Shown here in pieces: positions 1-11,240 of a stretch of 64,000 nucleotides of DNA (within the stretch, counting starts at the first letter, position 1; every line of letters begins with the position of its first letter). The position numbers and the translations under genes are program-made. The notes under the pieces were generated by a model. The model was not told the origin of the DNA. It searched no databases and saw only the letters and a program-made list of their open reading frames with translations. Location of the stretch: assembly GCF_032062105.1 (NCBI RefSeq), contig NW_026921466.1, forward strand, positions 1-64,000. Direction: 5' to 3'. This DNA is from Saccostrea cucullata. Taxonomy: Eukaryota.

Positions 1-654
1 ACAATATATTTTAAAAATATTTCTCATCACTTATTGCAAAGAAATAAATAGCCTGATTATCTTTTTAAGTTTTAAACCTAAACAATATATGAAAATAATA
101 AACAATTGAAAACAAAATCTCATTTTTAAAAATAAGAGTCCAGTAATATTTGTAACATGTACAATTTAGAATCTACACTACCTCAGAAAACTCAGAAGAG
201 CTAATAAGTGGAATTACTTTTTAAATAGAACACTTGCTTTGGATTTGAGGTAGAAGTGACTTATTAACATTTGCTACATAGTTAACATGTTTTAAGATAA
301 ATAAGAAAATTTAATAATAGGTGAAACTGAAAATTGAGACTCAATCGGACTGACACAATTTCCGGGAAGCTTTAAAGCAAGTGATTCCAATGCCGCCGTA
401 CTTTTCCTCTGCAGCTGAAGGATCTCTCCCTGTTGTACAAGCATTTGTTCATACTGTTTAATCTTCTTAGACCAATACTCTCGTAGCTGTATTTCTTTTT
501 CTCTCTTCATTCTGACAAACTTCTCCTAGATATCATTTGTTGTTGTCCTTGTCTTGACTGGAAATACAGGTAGATGCATTACCATCAAACTAGCTGCTGA
601 ATTGATAAATTATTAAACAACTTAAACTGTGATTCTCAAAATTTTGTTACTTAT

Positions 655-945
655 GGCATGAAGCTTATCTCAACTTATGTTATACGATATAACATAACTT
701 AGGGCAGTTTACGCTTTTTTATAAACCGCTAAAATCCTTATAATTTTATTCAGTTTAATTTCAGTGTAGACAATGAGACACTTATCCAACCGGAGAAAGC
801 TCAAATAAAGCATATTTTATATATTTTTAAGAGTAACGGCAAGCGGAGTAATACGTTTATGACGTAACTCATTGTGACGTAGGCAAGTTATGTTATACAA
901 ATCAGCCAATGAAATTGCTTGATACAAGTGAAATTGAATTATTTA
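655..945. repeat. Dispersed repeat end; inverted homologue of 35885-36245 (Crypton-like non-autonomous end, hairpin partly deleted)
   Basis: tcagccaatgaaattgcttgatacaagtgaaatt (902-935) and flanking blocks are the reverse complement of 35890-36240; the ggcagtttacgcttttttataaaccgc half-hairpin is shared. Confidence 0.55.
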
Positions 946-999
946 GTGTAAATAAAACATTGTGGTTATGTATTTGAGCAAATATATTTGAACTGATAT

Positions 1000-1215
1000 T
1001 TCTCTACCACCATGCATTAACATCTCAAGCAGAATATCTCGCTCACAGCTACTATTAAGAGGTTTCTTCCTTTTCATTGTCGTATATGCCAAATTTGGTT
1101 GGAATTGGTTCAGTGGTTTTAGAGAAGAAGCTAAGAACATGTTCAAAAGTTTACAAACGAAGACATATGAAAACAGATAACAGAAGGTCATCTGAGTGAA
1201 ACCGGTGACCTTAAA
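1000..1215 (-). mobile_element. Degenerate Helentron/HINE-type fragment
   Basis: gccaaatttggttggaattggttcagtggttttagagaagaagc matches the adjacent element and 58540-58600 (reverse complement); ends in ggtgacc+AAAA. Confidence 0.45.
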
Positions 1216-1245
1216 ATACCAACTTCATCTTTAGTGGTCCTATTA

Positions 1246-1831
1246 ACAAATAAGAGGCCCATGGGCCTTATAGGTCACCTGAGTATCATGTGACAACTTT
1301 CCAACAATTGAATTTGATTATGTTTTAAACTAGAGGCCATGAAATTCCCAATTTTGAAACAGGCACTATTGCTTATCAATTATACACTCATGCACTTGGT
1401 TAGTTTATTTAATGTCCATAAACAGAAAAGAAGAATTTCAAAGAACTTACGCATTTTCACTATATAATCTATAAAGCTCCGTCCTAGCACTAGAACCCCT
1501 GACCCTGGGGCCATGAAATTCACAATTTTGGTATAGGACTCGATGCTTATTACAATCATACCAACAGTTTGACTGCTTGATGTCCAGGAATAAAGAGGAA
1601 GATTTTTAAAGATTGCACTATTTTTAGTGGTTTTTGCCCCACCCCCAGGGGGGCAGGGACCACGAAATTCAAAATTTTTGTTCCCCCACACACATAGTTA
1701 CTATATGCCAAATTTGGTTGAAATTGGTTGAGTGGTTTCAGAGAAGAAGCTAAAAATGTTCAAATGTTAACACACGACGAACGACGCACGACGACGGTCA
1801 AAAACAGAGTTTACTCAGGTGACCTAAAAAA
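1246..1831 (-). mobile_element. Non-autonomous Helentron-like (HINE) element, same family as 58452-60507
   Basis: 3' end aagaggcccatgggccttataggtcacctgagta, 5' end gagtttactcaggtgacctaaaaaa, (gac)n microsatellite, one central satellite-like unit. Confidence 0.75.
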
Positions 1832-3150
1832 TCTTAAGTATAATTTCACTAACTTAAAAGTGTTGTGTTTGGCATTCACTATGCTTAAATAATAGTCAGG
1901 TTTAGACATACGGTTCAAGAACCTGAGGAAATGTAATGTGAAAAAGGCCACAAATTAATATATCCGTACTTACTTTGAGTATTTTTTCTTTTTTTTTAAT
2001 ATGCGTATGGATATGCAGCTGCTCCATCAGCAGATGGTAGGGAATTTGCCAAAACACCTTAAACCAAACAAAAAAGTTGAATTATCACCAATATGTATAG
2101 ATACATAACATATGTAGGAGCTCCAATGATTTATAGTTGGATATCATTTTTTTTTCCAGTGTGTTGTGTGTTTTTTATCCCCGAGCCTTGGCAACAAATT
2201 ATCGGAGATTTTTGTAAGATTTGAAATATCAAATTTTTCATAAGTTCGAGCGAATGATTATGCAAAAATATATTATAAAAGTAATATAATATATTATAAA
2301 GGTAAAAAGGTGTAATTTTAAAACATATATGGATATAAATACAGATTGATACAAGAACAGGGAATCATGGAAGTTGATCTTAAAACCAATCCATATTTGT
2401 TTAAAAATATTTACATTTGCAATTGTTTTCCTTTATATAACACTATTTGAACAAGGCGTTTTTACATCTCCATAAAACAAGTTCGTCATGTGACCATAAG
2501 TTGATTGTTTAGTCATAATTGATAAACATAGTTTGATATTGACGTCAAAAACGATCGACGTTATAAACACATTTAATTTATACCGTTGAGTTTTGAAAAC
2601 ATATACATTATGGATTTCAAACTATGAGGAATAAGGTATCATATTTTGAGTTTTATTGGGATGTAAAACGGGCTGGCACATGACCCCTTAGGGGTTTGCT
2701 TTATGAAATACCTTATTTCTTAAATGACACCCTTTCATTCTTATTAAAACCACTATTCATAAGCATTTATGCAGTGGATAAATTAATATATATTACCTGA
2801 CTGAAACTCTGTTTCTTCACAAGTATCTAAAATTACTAGAATTTTGTATTAATACCATTTATAATAGGACATTGTTGAAATTGTACAATAACAATTATCT
2901 TATACACTTTTGATAAGCCTACTGTATTCAGATTGTCTGACTGTCAAATAAAATTACAATTACATCACTATCATTTTATACAGTTAATATTAAGTGTTTT
3001 AAAATATGAATGCACATTATTATTTTACTTCTAATCGCCATTTTAACTCAAGAAACCCCTTGTGATGTCACAGAGTATATACATACCTACTGCTGGGGTA
3101 TATTAAACAGCTTCTTCAAAAGGGTATGATGTCTCTGTAAAACGTATAGG

Positions 3151-3336
3151 TTGATTGATTGTTTACTGTTTAACGTCCCTCTCGAGAATTTTTCACTCAT
3201 ATGGAGACGCCACCATTTGCCGATGGAGGGCTGCAAATTTTGTCTTTTACTCGACACTCAGGGCCATTCAGCAGGGCGGGATCTTTATCGTGCCAGCACC
3301 TACTGCGACACGGGATCTCGGTTTATACGGTCTCAT
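3151..3336 (-). mobile_element. 5'-truncated SINE (Deu/Nin-domain-like body, (ATCA)n tail)
   Basis: Reverse complement matches 57683-57866: atgagaccgtataaaccgag...gacgttaaacag..caatcaatcaa. Confidence 0.8.
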
Positions 3337-3642
3337 CATATACGGTTTCCCACCTTCAAACGACAGCTATCAAAATAAAATAAAAATTTTTAGAAATACG
3401 ACTCACTGACGAAATTGTTCTGTTGGAATGGAAAGAGACCGTCGTATTCCAATTTTATTTAAGCTCAAAAAATATTCGATCTATGAATCTCACTTACCGA
3501 TGATGATCTCTCTGTAGCAAACTTTCACAGGTTACACACCAAATTTTGGTGACTGTATCGCCCTCTCTTGTGTAACCTATAGGAATTTGGAAATCTTCCT
3601 CCCATTTCTTAACTATTTTGATTGATGTATATTAAATGTTGT

Positions 3643-3798
3643 CATAGGCGTCGGAACCAAACTGAAAGTTTGTGGTGGTGGTGGTCTGTGGGGGGGGCGG
3701 GGGGGGACCAACAAAATAAAAGTAAACGCAAATTTTTATTGCCTATATGATGCCTACCTTTGCAAAAAAAAGCCCCCGCCTCAGTTCCGACGCCTATG
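3643..3798. mobile_element. Short MITE with 15-bp TIRs (hAT-like CA..TG ends)
   Basis: cataggcgtcggaac / gttccgacgcctatg perfect inverted pair around a G-rich core; no clear TSD. Confidence 0.6.
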
Positions 3799-3906
3799 GT
3801 TGAGGTGTATTTCATTAAGCAAAAGAAAAAAATAAATACAGAAAACGAATGACACTTCTAAGCTGACTTTCTACAGCTTAAGTATATCTGACGTTTTGTC
3901 AGTATA

Positions 3907-6900
3907 CAGTGGCTGGAACGTTATTGTTGACAACTTACACGAACGATCACGTTACACGAACGATTACGCACGATTAACGCACGATTAAACCTGTTACACG
4001 AACGATCTTTCACGTTCACGATTCTACACGTTAAGGCGGCTTTACACGGTAATACAAGTCGTATACAATTTGTCGTCTACAGCAAAATATTACTGTGTGA
4101 AATACGCTATTACTTGTATTAAACGACTTTCTAAAGTCGTATCTGACAGTTTTTGAAGTCGAGCATGTTCCTATTCTGTACTACAAATCGTATACGACTT
4201 TCTGGATCCAACCAATGAACGGCTTGAGTTTTTAATTTATTCATAAGTGACTGGTTAACTGGTCAACGATAAAGACATATACATTGTAAAGTACACGTAC
4301 CTGCAACAAATATAGAATTGTTTAGTAAATATTTATACGTTGCAATTGATTTATAATCATTTATAAAGTAAGGTACGGTTCACGTATGACTTGGAAACTT
4401 AGGAATCTGCATTTTTAATATAAATGCACCCATTCGTAAATTAAAAAAATATTTAAAAAAGAACTTTTATGAAAGATACTAATATTTTTTATTGTTAATT
4501 ACCACACTATAAAGAAGGTAAAACTATCTTATTTTTATCAAAAATTTGAGACGTTTTTACAAATTGTTTCCATTTATGTAATGGATACATGCCGAATGCT
4601 GTTCTGTATGTAAAATTATCAAACTGTATGATAATTTTACATATAGAATTGTATGAGGCAAATATCTTGCTTAAAACATTGCCATTTAAGGTAGGACAAA
4701 ACACCCGTAGATTCTATTTTAACCAATTTCTTAAAAAGTACCAGAGAAAAGAAGAAGAATATTACTATATTGACAACAATGAATGATCCCTGTAAGAAAA
4801 ATAATAATTTTTGGCATGTTTGAGTCATTTTTGTGAAAAAATGCAGAGAATCCTATATATTGGTCACTTTAGGGCTTAGATTTTGGATGTTTTGTGCTTA
4901 CTAAGTGTAATAAACAAGCATGTAACAGTCTGTTATAAAATACAGTGTAACTTTTGTTCCATACATAGTAGAGAAATGATATTTGGACACATATATAAGG
5001 AGTCTCCATTGTTTATGTACTACAAAGGTCAAAGTCATATCAAGAGGTCAAAGGTCAAATATTGTGACGTCATCTACGGAATCCTTTAGTTTTTTGCCAT
5101 TGAAATTTTTTTAATCGCAAAAATTTCTGAAACCACCGGTTCGATTTTCTTGATTTTACACATTTTATTCTTAAGGACCCATTTGAATCACTCTGTTGAT
5201 TTTATGTAAAAATTGAATCATACATTTTCTCTGAAGAAAGCTTAAACTGTCGGATATTTACATGTGAATTTTCAATTCCGACGCTATGTATCTTCTAATT
5301 TTACTTGATATTTTACTCAGATTTTCCAGTATCAAGTTGACTTACTAACTTAAAGCAACAAAAAGGATAGATTTACTAAAAGTATTACGAATTTGCAATA
5401 GATCAATTGATAAGTTTAAAATAAGGCTCAATCTCGAGTCTAATGTCTGATTTCACAATCTTCTTACAGGGGTCTGATAGGCCATATTTCAGACTATGTA
5501 GGCAAAAAATATGCGGTTGAATTTCCTTCATATCATATATAAAGAGAGACTTTGTGTCCTAGAACAAAATATCAAAGTTTCAGGAAAATTGAATTTGAGG
5601 AAAAATTTGGCCTATCTATTGTCTCCTACATTAAATGTCCAAAGAGTTAACTATTATTATTATATTATTGGCGCATTTACTTTCTTTTCATTGGGTTTCT
5701 TTATAATGAAAAGCTTTCTAACAAAATCTCATATATTGCACACATTTTGTATGGTGAATATTCTATTTAGTTAGCTTAAAACAAGTTTAAACAAGTTAGG
5801 CAATCACAAAAATATTATGATATGAGTAATGAATAGTATTGGAATAATACGAAGAGTAACAAATATATATTCGAGGAACTTGTGTGTGAAAATTCATTAT
5901 ACACTGATAAAAATGGCTCACATGAAATTCATGCAATTTTCTTTTTATTTGTAGATAATGCAAAAATCATGTAAATAATAATAATATATAAAATATTCTA
6001 TCATTTGAATATCATTTGAATTGGTTTTTTTTTTCAATATTCATATACAATATTTTTCATAACTTTTATATGAGTTTTTCATGTGATATGCTCTTTATAT
6101 AAAATTCGTATGAAAGTTGTGTCAAAATTGGCATACTTTTCACATATACAGAGACTTTCGAATTGGGCGTTTTATTCATTTGCATGACAATAGAGTTAAA
6201 TAGAAATCTGTTTAACCGTGTGGACAGGTGAGGAACATATTACAAAAGTTGTATACGACAAGTTGTATACGACTTGTATTACCGTGTAAAGCCGCCTTTA
6301 CACGATCTTCCACGATTGTTAACGCAAACGCACGATTCTTCACTCAAAATAGTTCAAAATATTTAGGATTCATATTTTCAAAACGAAATACGGCTTAATA
6401 CTTATATAAGATTTCTAAGAATAATCAATATTATTTCATAGACTTTGAAGAAAAAAAAACGGAAAGTGATATTTCTGTAAATAAATATCTGCAAGACTAA
6501 ATATTTTAGATTAAAAATAATTATTTCTAAGGTAATTCTCCGATATAAAAAAAAACCGGATTTTGTTCGTTCTATTAGACGATGTACATGTATATGGGTC
6601 GTATATTTTTATTGAATTTGATATCATTATATGCAGAAAGGGGGATACGATTGAGAAAAAATGGCAGCATGGAATGACTTAAATTATAGTAACAAATTTT
6701 ATCATGATTCAATGTCTGATAAACTTGAGAACTATTCAACTTTTTTATTTGCAGAAATTTAAAATTAATTAATTACAAATAGGCTCAAGAGATAAACACG
6801 GATAATCAAACCTCCCGAAAATCATGCCGTGTCCTTGTATATTTGTCGACTAACTAATTATCATTTTTTATGTAAGCATTGAGAAATGTTTATTTCCTTG

Positions 6901-7388
6901 TAAAAAAAAATATCTTTATTTTCAATGAATTGATTTCAAGATGATCTTGACCACAATAAGAAGTAAATAATAATTAAAATCAGATTTTTCAAAAAGGCGT
7001 TAAAGATCTAAGTACGGTTTATCACAATATTGATCGCGCTATTTGACGAGAACTAAATATTGTACGACTTACTATATTGCTTGTTTACGGGCGATAATTA
7101 GTTCGTTCTGCATTCTATTATGTAAGTTGCGCTTTTTCATTTTATTTGGATTTAAATTAATAAATCAAGAAAAACAAACAAGGGGAAATGCTTATTTTAC
7201 AAATAACATTCCGATAAAAACTTACAAAACGAAATTTACACGATTCTTAACGCACGATCTCGCACGATTAAAAACGCACACGATTGAGTCTGATACACGA
7301 ACGATCTTGCACGTTACACGAACGATCACTCACGATACACGAACGATTCGACACGATTGGTTTGACAACAATAACGTTCTAGCCACTG
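3907..7388. mobile_element. Non-autonomous TIR element with TA flanks (Tc1/mariner-like) and subterminal (acacgaacgat)-type repeats
   Basis: TA|cagtggctggaacgttattgttg ... caacaataacgttctagccactg|TA, 1 mismatch in 23 bp; repeat arrays at 3935-4030 and 7235-7358. Confidence 0.75.
4034..6297. mobile_element. PIF/Harbinger-type non-autonomous element nested in 3907-7388
   Basis: 35-bp perfect TIR aggcggctttacacggtaatacaagtcgtatacaa; TTA duplication at 4031-4033 and 6298-6300. Confidence 0.8.
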
Positions 7389-7589
7389 TATACTTGTTCA
7401 TTGCTGCACCGACTAGCACTGACTATTCCTGTAAACAAAAATGATGTCGTCCTTCATAAGTGCTGAATCTTAGAATCGTATAGCAATTCACTATTTTTAA
7501 TGGCCTTGATGTTTCTGGCAGAGTCATTTTCACCTTTAAAAACATATTTATTTCATAAACTCACTAGTTTTTACATGGTGAAGAGCATC

Positions 7590-8650
7590 CTCATCTTACA
7601 TAATTGGTATGTGGAGAGCCTCCAGTTCTGGTCTCTTAGCAGCAACCAATGCTGCAAAATCGTCTGGATCCAAAACATAAATGCACTGACTCAGACGCGA
7701 CATGAAGGTGGCATAAAGTGCATGTGTATCTGTTGTGCAGCCAATGGAGAAATGCCAAATGTCAAGGCGGATTGCATGGTTTGAGCATCTTTCTGAGCTG
7801 ATTACTTCCACAACAGTCTCTATCGACATACAGTAGCTGTGGGGTGGAACTTCTGCTTCTCTGTAACGTCTTATCAGGCCGGTTATCATAAGATCAAGAC
7901 CAGACCCTTGTCCCGTTATAAGTACTGACAGGATGACTTGCCCATACTCATTGCCTACATAAGTGGCCCACATAGGGGTCTTAGAGCAGGTACCTGCAAG
8001 CTTCTTAACAACTTTCTTGGTGAAATCCATTTTCAAAATGCTGCCAAACAGGGAGATGATGTTGGACATAATTTCCTCTAATCTCTGCAATACATCTAGG
8101 GCATATACTTGCATTAGCCAACGGTAATCGGTAATCGGGCACAGGAAGAAGGGTGGGTGGCTCATCAAACGTAGGTGAGCGACGAGACCCCTATAGGCTG
8201 CATTTGAAATCCTTTGCAATCGGTCAAATAGTGGATAGACTTCTGAAACTAGGCATCCTTTTGCTGTTCTTGAAGATTTGACCTGATCTGGCTGGAACTA
8301 TTGCCAAGGCAACGTTGCCGCAGAAGACAGATTATCTTTAGGTCGTAGGCAAGTCTGTATGTGAGGATGCAGGGAAACTAGTCTAATGTCCTATATCCAA
8401 CTGCGAGATTATGTGCTGGTTCCAGCTAACTATCTCTTGAAGTGATGACATTGTAGCCACTCTCCATCTATGTTGTAGCTTCCATCTACATGAATTACCT
8501 GTCTGATTTTCGTGTATATCCCTCCAGATGTCAGCTCAGGTTTTACGAAATCTTCATGGGGACAATGAAGCTGAACTCGCTATAGCTTTCTTGGCATCCA
8601 CAACAGAAACGGTTGTGCAAAGTATCTGTCCATTCGTGGTTTATTATTAC
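7590..8650 (-). pseudogene. Degenerate DUF6729-like / DDE transposase-like coding relic
   Basis: Motifs FLLWMPRKL..CPH, FPCILTYRLA.D...LLRQR.LGNS, FGSILKMDFTKKVVKKLAG, VGNEYGQV, (L)YVDRDCCG, RLDIWHF, GCTTDTH.LY..FM..LS.CI across frames with stops and frameshifts. Confidence 0.6.
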
Positions 8651-8654
8651 AGGA

Positions 8655-9300
8655 TAGTTTCTGTTGTTAAAAGTGTATAAAAACGATGAAGGATACAGAT
8701 TTTATTGTCTAAAATATATGACCATACTGTATATTATTTCTTTTTTTTTTTTTTTTGATAAAAAGACATTTTTGTTCTGATTTGAAAAAGTGATTAAAAA
8801 ATATAAAATATTTTAAAACATTAGGAAAAAATGGGGGGGGGGGGGGCGTTTCAGTGACACCGCTTATGATGAATGCTCTTTTGCACAGTTGATCGTCTCA
8901 GTTTATGTTGTTAAAAGTGTGTTAAAACGATGGACAGATTTTTTAAAAAATTCAATTTTCTAAATCCGCGGTTTTAATTTTTGTTTAGAAAAAGACATTT
9001 TTTCTGATTTGTAAAAGTGTTTAAACTAATTATATGAAATATTTTAAAACATACGCAATTTTTTGGAGGTAGATGCTTTAGTGGCAGCGGTTGTGATGTC
9101 TCGCTTTTAGGAGGAGTGCGTTGCAGTGACAGCGGTTGTGGCGTCGTCTCAAAGAGGTGATACCGTCTCAGTTTCTGCTGTTAAAAGTGTGTAAAACGAT
9201 GAAAGGTTATAAAAAAATATTGTCAAAAACTTATAACATTACTTTCTCTAGAAAAAGACATGTTCTGATGTAAAGAAGTGTTAAAGACACAAAAATAATT
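8655..9300. repeat. Three degenerate ~250-bp tandem units
   Basis: gttt(c/a)tgttgttaaaagtgt..aaaacgatg...aaaaagacat...tctgat recurs at ~8657, ~8901 and ~9171. Confidence 0.55.
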
Positions 9301-11240
9301 TTAACACGTACCCAAATATTTGGTGGTGTTTGTCTTATCAGAAGGAGTTGCAGTAGTTTTAATTGTGATGGAAGTGTGGGTAAGGGTGATGAATGTTTTA
9401 CATTGATAAATAAAAAAAATATGAAAGTATACTTATTTATACTGTATCCTTACAGTGATCAATTTCCATCTAGAGTTATCGTTCCTGTTACCCTCCACTT
9501 ATACACGAAGTTGGGAAAGATAATTCTGGATAGATTTTGAAAAATGTTATGCTATACCCTTCATGTGGGTCAATTACATGATACATAATAATAGTAAAAT
9601 GTATATAGGTTACATACTTACTTGTATTCTGAACATTGTTCTGGTCCGTTTCCTTTTTCCTAGGGTTCTAAAAATATACGAAAAGTTCGATGTAAAAGGA
9701 ACATTGAGCGCAATCTTATAAGGGAAATATTATTTCTTTGATTTAAAAAAAAAACAAGTTTATCTTTTAAAAAGATAGGTGAGCTAGCGCCGTAGCAATT
9801 TTTAAACACAAAAAGGAAGATCCGTGATCAAGTGATTTATTTTGCTGAATTCCTTAATTTTTATCGAGGCTGGAGAGTAATAAAGTTATTGTTGGTTTGT
9901 AAAGCGTATTTTATAGACACATAGGTAAAGAAACAAGGGGGGGGGGGTTGACCTATTGGAGTTTTGGCGCAACGGAACATATATGACCTTTACTGGAGAG
10001 GGGGGGGGGGCTCTCTATAATATGAAGAAGATGCCGATTGAGACATTGCATTTATGAGCTGATTAAAAGAAAAGAATTTCTTGGCAATTTAGCAAAGAAG
10101 GTACATGGGAGTTGAAAGGAATATAGAAAATAACTCAAAGTGTATGTTGTGAAAAGAGTCCAGAGAGTTTGGAACACATGTGAAATAGCTTGGTCCTGTA
10201 CGTGGGTCATCTTTGTCAAGATATGTTAGGTTAAAAGCCATACACATCAGAATTTTTAAAACACAAATAGTGGATTTATTCGTTGTTTTTAGTGTAAATT
10301 CTTGCTTCTGTTTCTGGAATTTGTAAGATTGGCTGAAATGACCAATCAGAAATTAGAATCTATCTTTGATGTATCTATGCTTAGATGTAAAAAAAAAAAA
10401 ATCCCTTGTCATTGTTTAGAACAATCAGATAATGACTCGGGTTCTGCCGTCAGCAAAAAAAACCCAGAATTTGAAATATTATAAATATCTTTAAAGTGTA
10501 AGCTACACAATAAATGAACAGTTATTTCATGCTAAAACATGATACAACGAAATTGTTATCGTAAGGTCTATCTGTAGTAGTTTTCACATTTGTCCCAATC
10601 GGCAATCCTCGGCTGACTCCGCTCCGCTTCATTCAAACGTGTTATGTGCGAGGTACGAGTCATCCGAGGAACTCCGATCGAGTGCAGTTTTCCCAGAATG
10701 CACCACCATGGCGGCCGAGCATGCGTATTAAAGGAATTTGGACTAACGTAGTTGCTAGAGCGCTAGCAATTATATGAATAGTATTATTATAATTGAGTAA
10801 CCTAATTAAATTTCTCTTACTAACCACAGTTCAAATCGTTCGAGTCTTAAATGGAGATACTGAAGAATTGGGTATGACCGGTCACCGTGACCTTGTTACA
10901 ACAGCAATTGGTAACAAATACCTCGCCGACTTCCTCCACGTTTACGGTTAATTTAAAACAAAAAAAAACATAATTTCACTTCTCTTTGTTGTTGAGAAAA
11001 TGACAAAGTCATACAAAGTGTAAGAATGAAAAAAAAAAAACTTTCCATTGTTAACCTGGAGATCGTTTCACAAAAGCATCGTAAGTTGTACGTAGTACGT
11101 AAGTACGACGTAAGTAGTGCGTAGTTAAATTTCGGCGTTTCACGAAAGCGTCTTAATTCACATTGCGTCGTACGTAACGACGTAATTTTACGTCACCTCA
11201 GAGGTGACGTAAAATCACGTCATAACGTGAGTACTTGAAA

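Noticed and set aside
4788-5471. 11-bp inverted pair ccctgtaagaa / ttcttacaggg as a third nested element
   Set aside because: Too short and no TSD
7043-7444. 133-aa ORF
   Set aside because: Runs through MITE subterminal repeats; no protein motif
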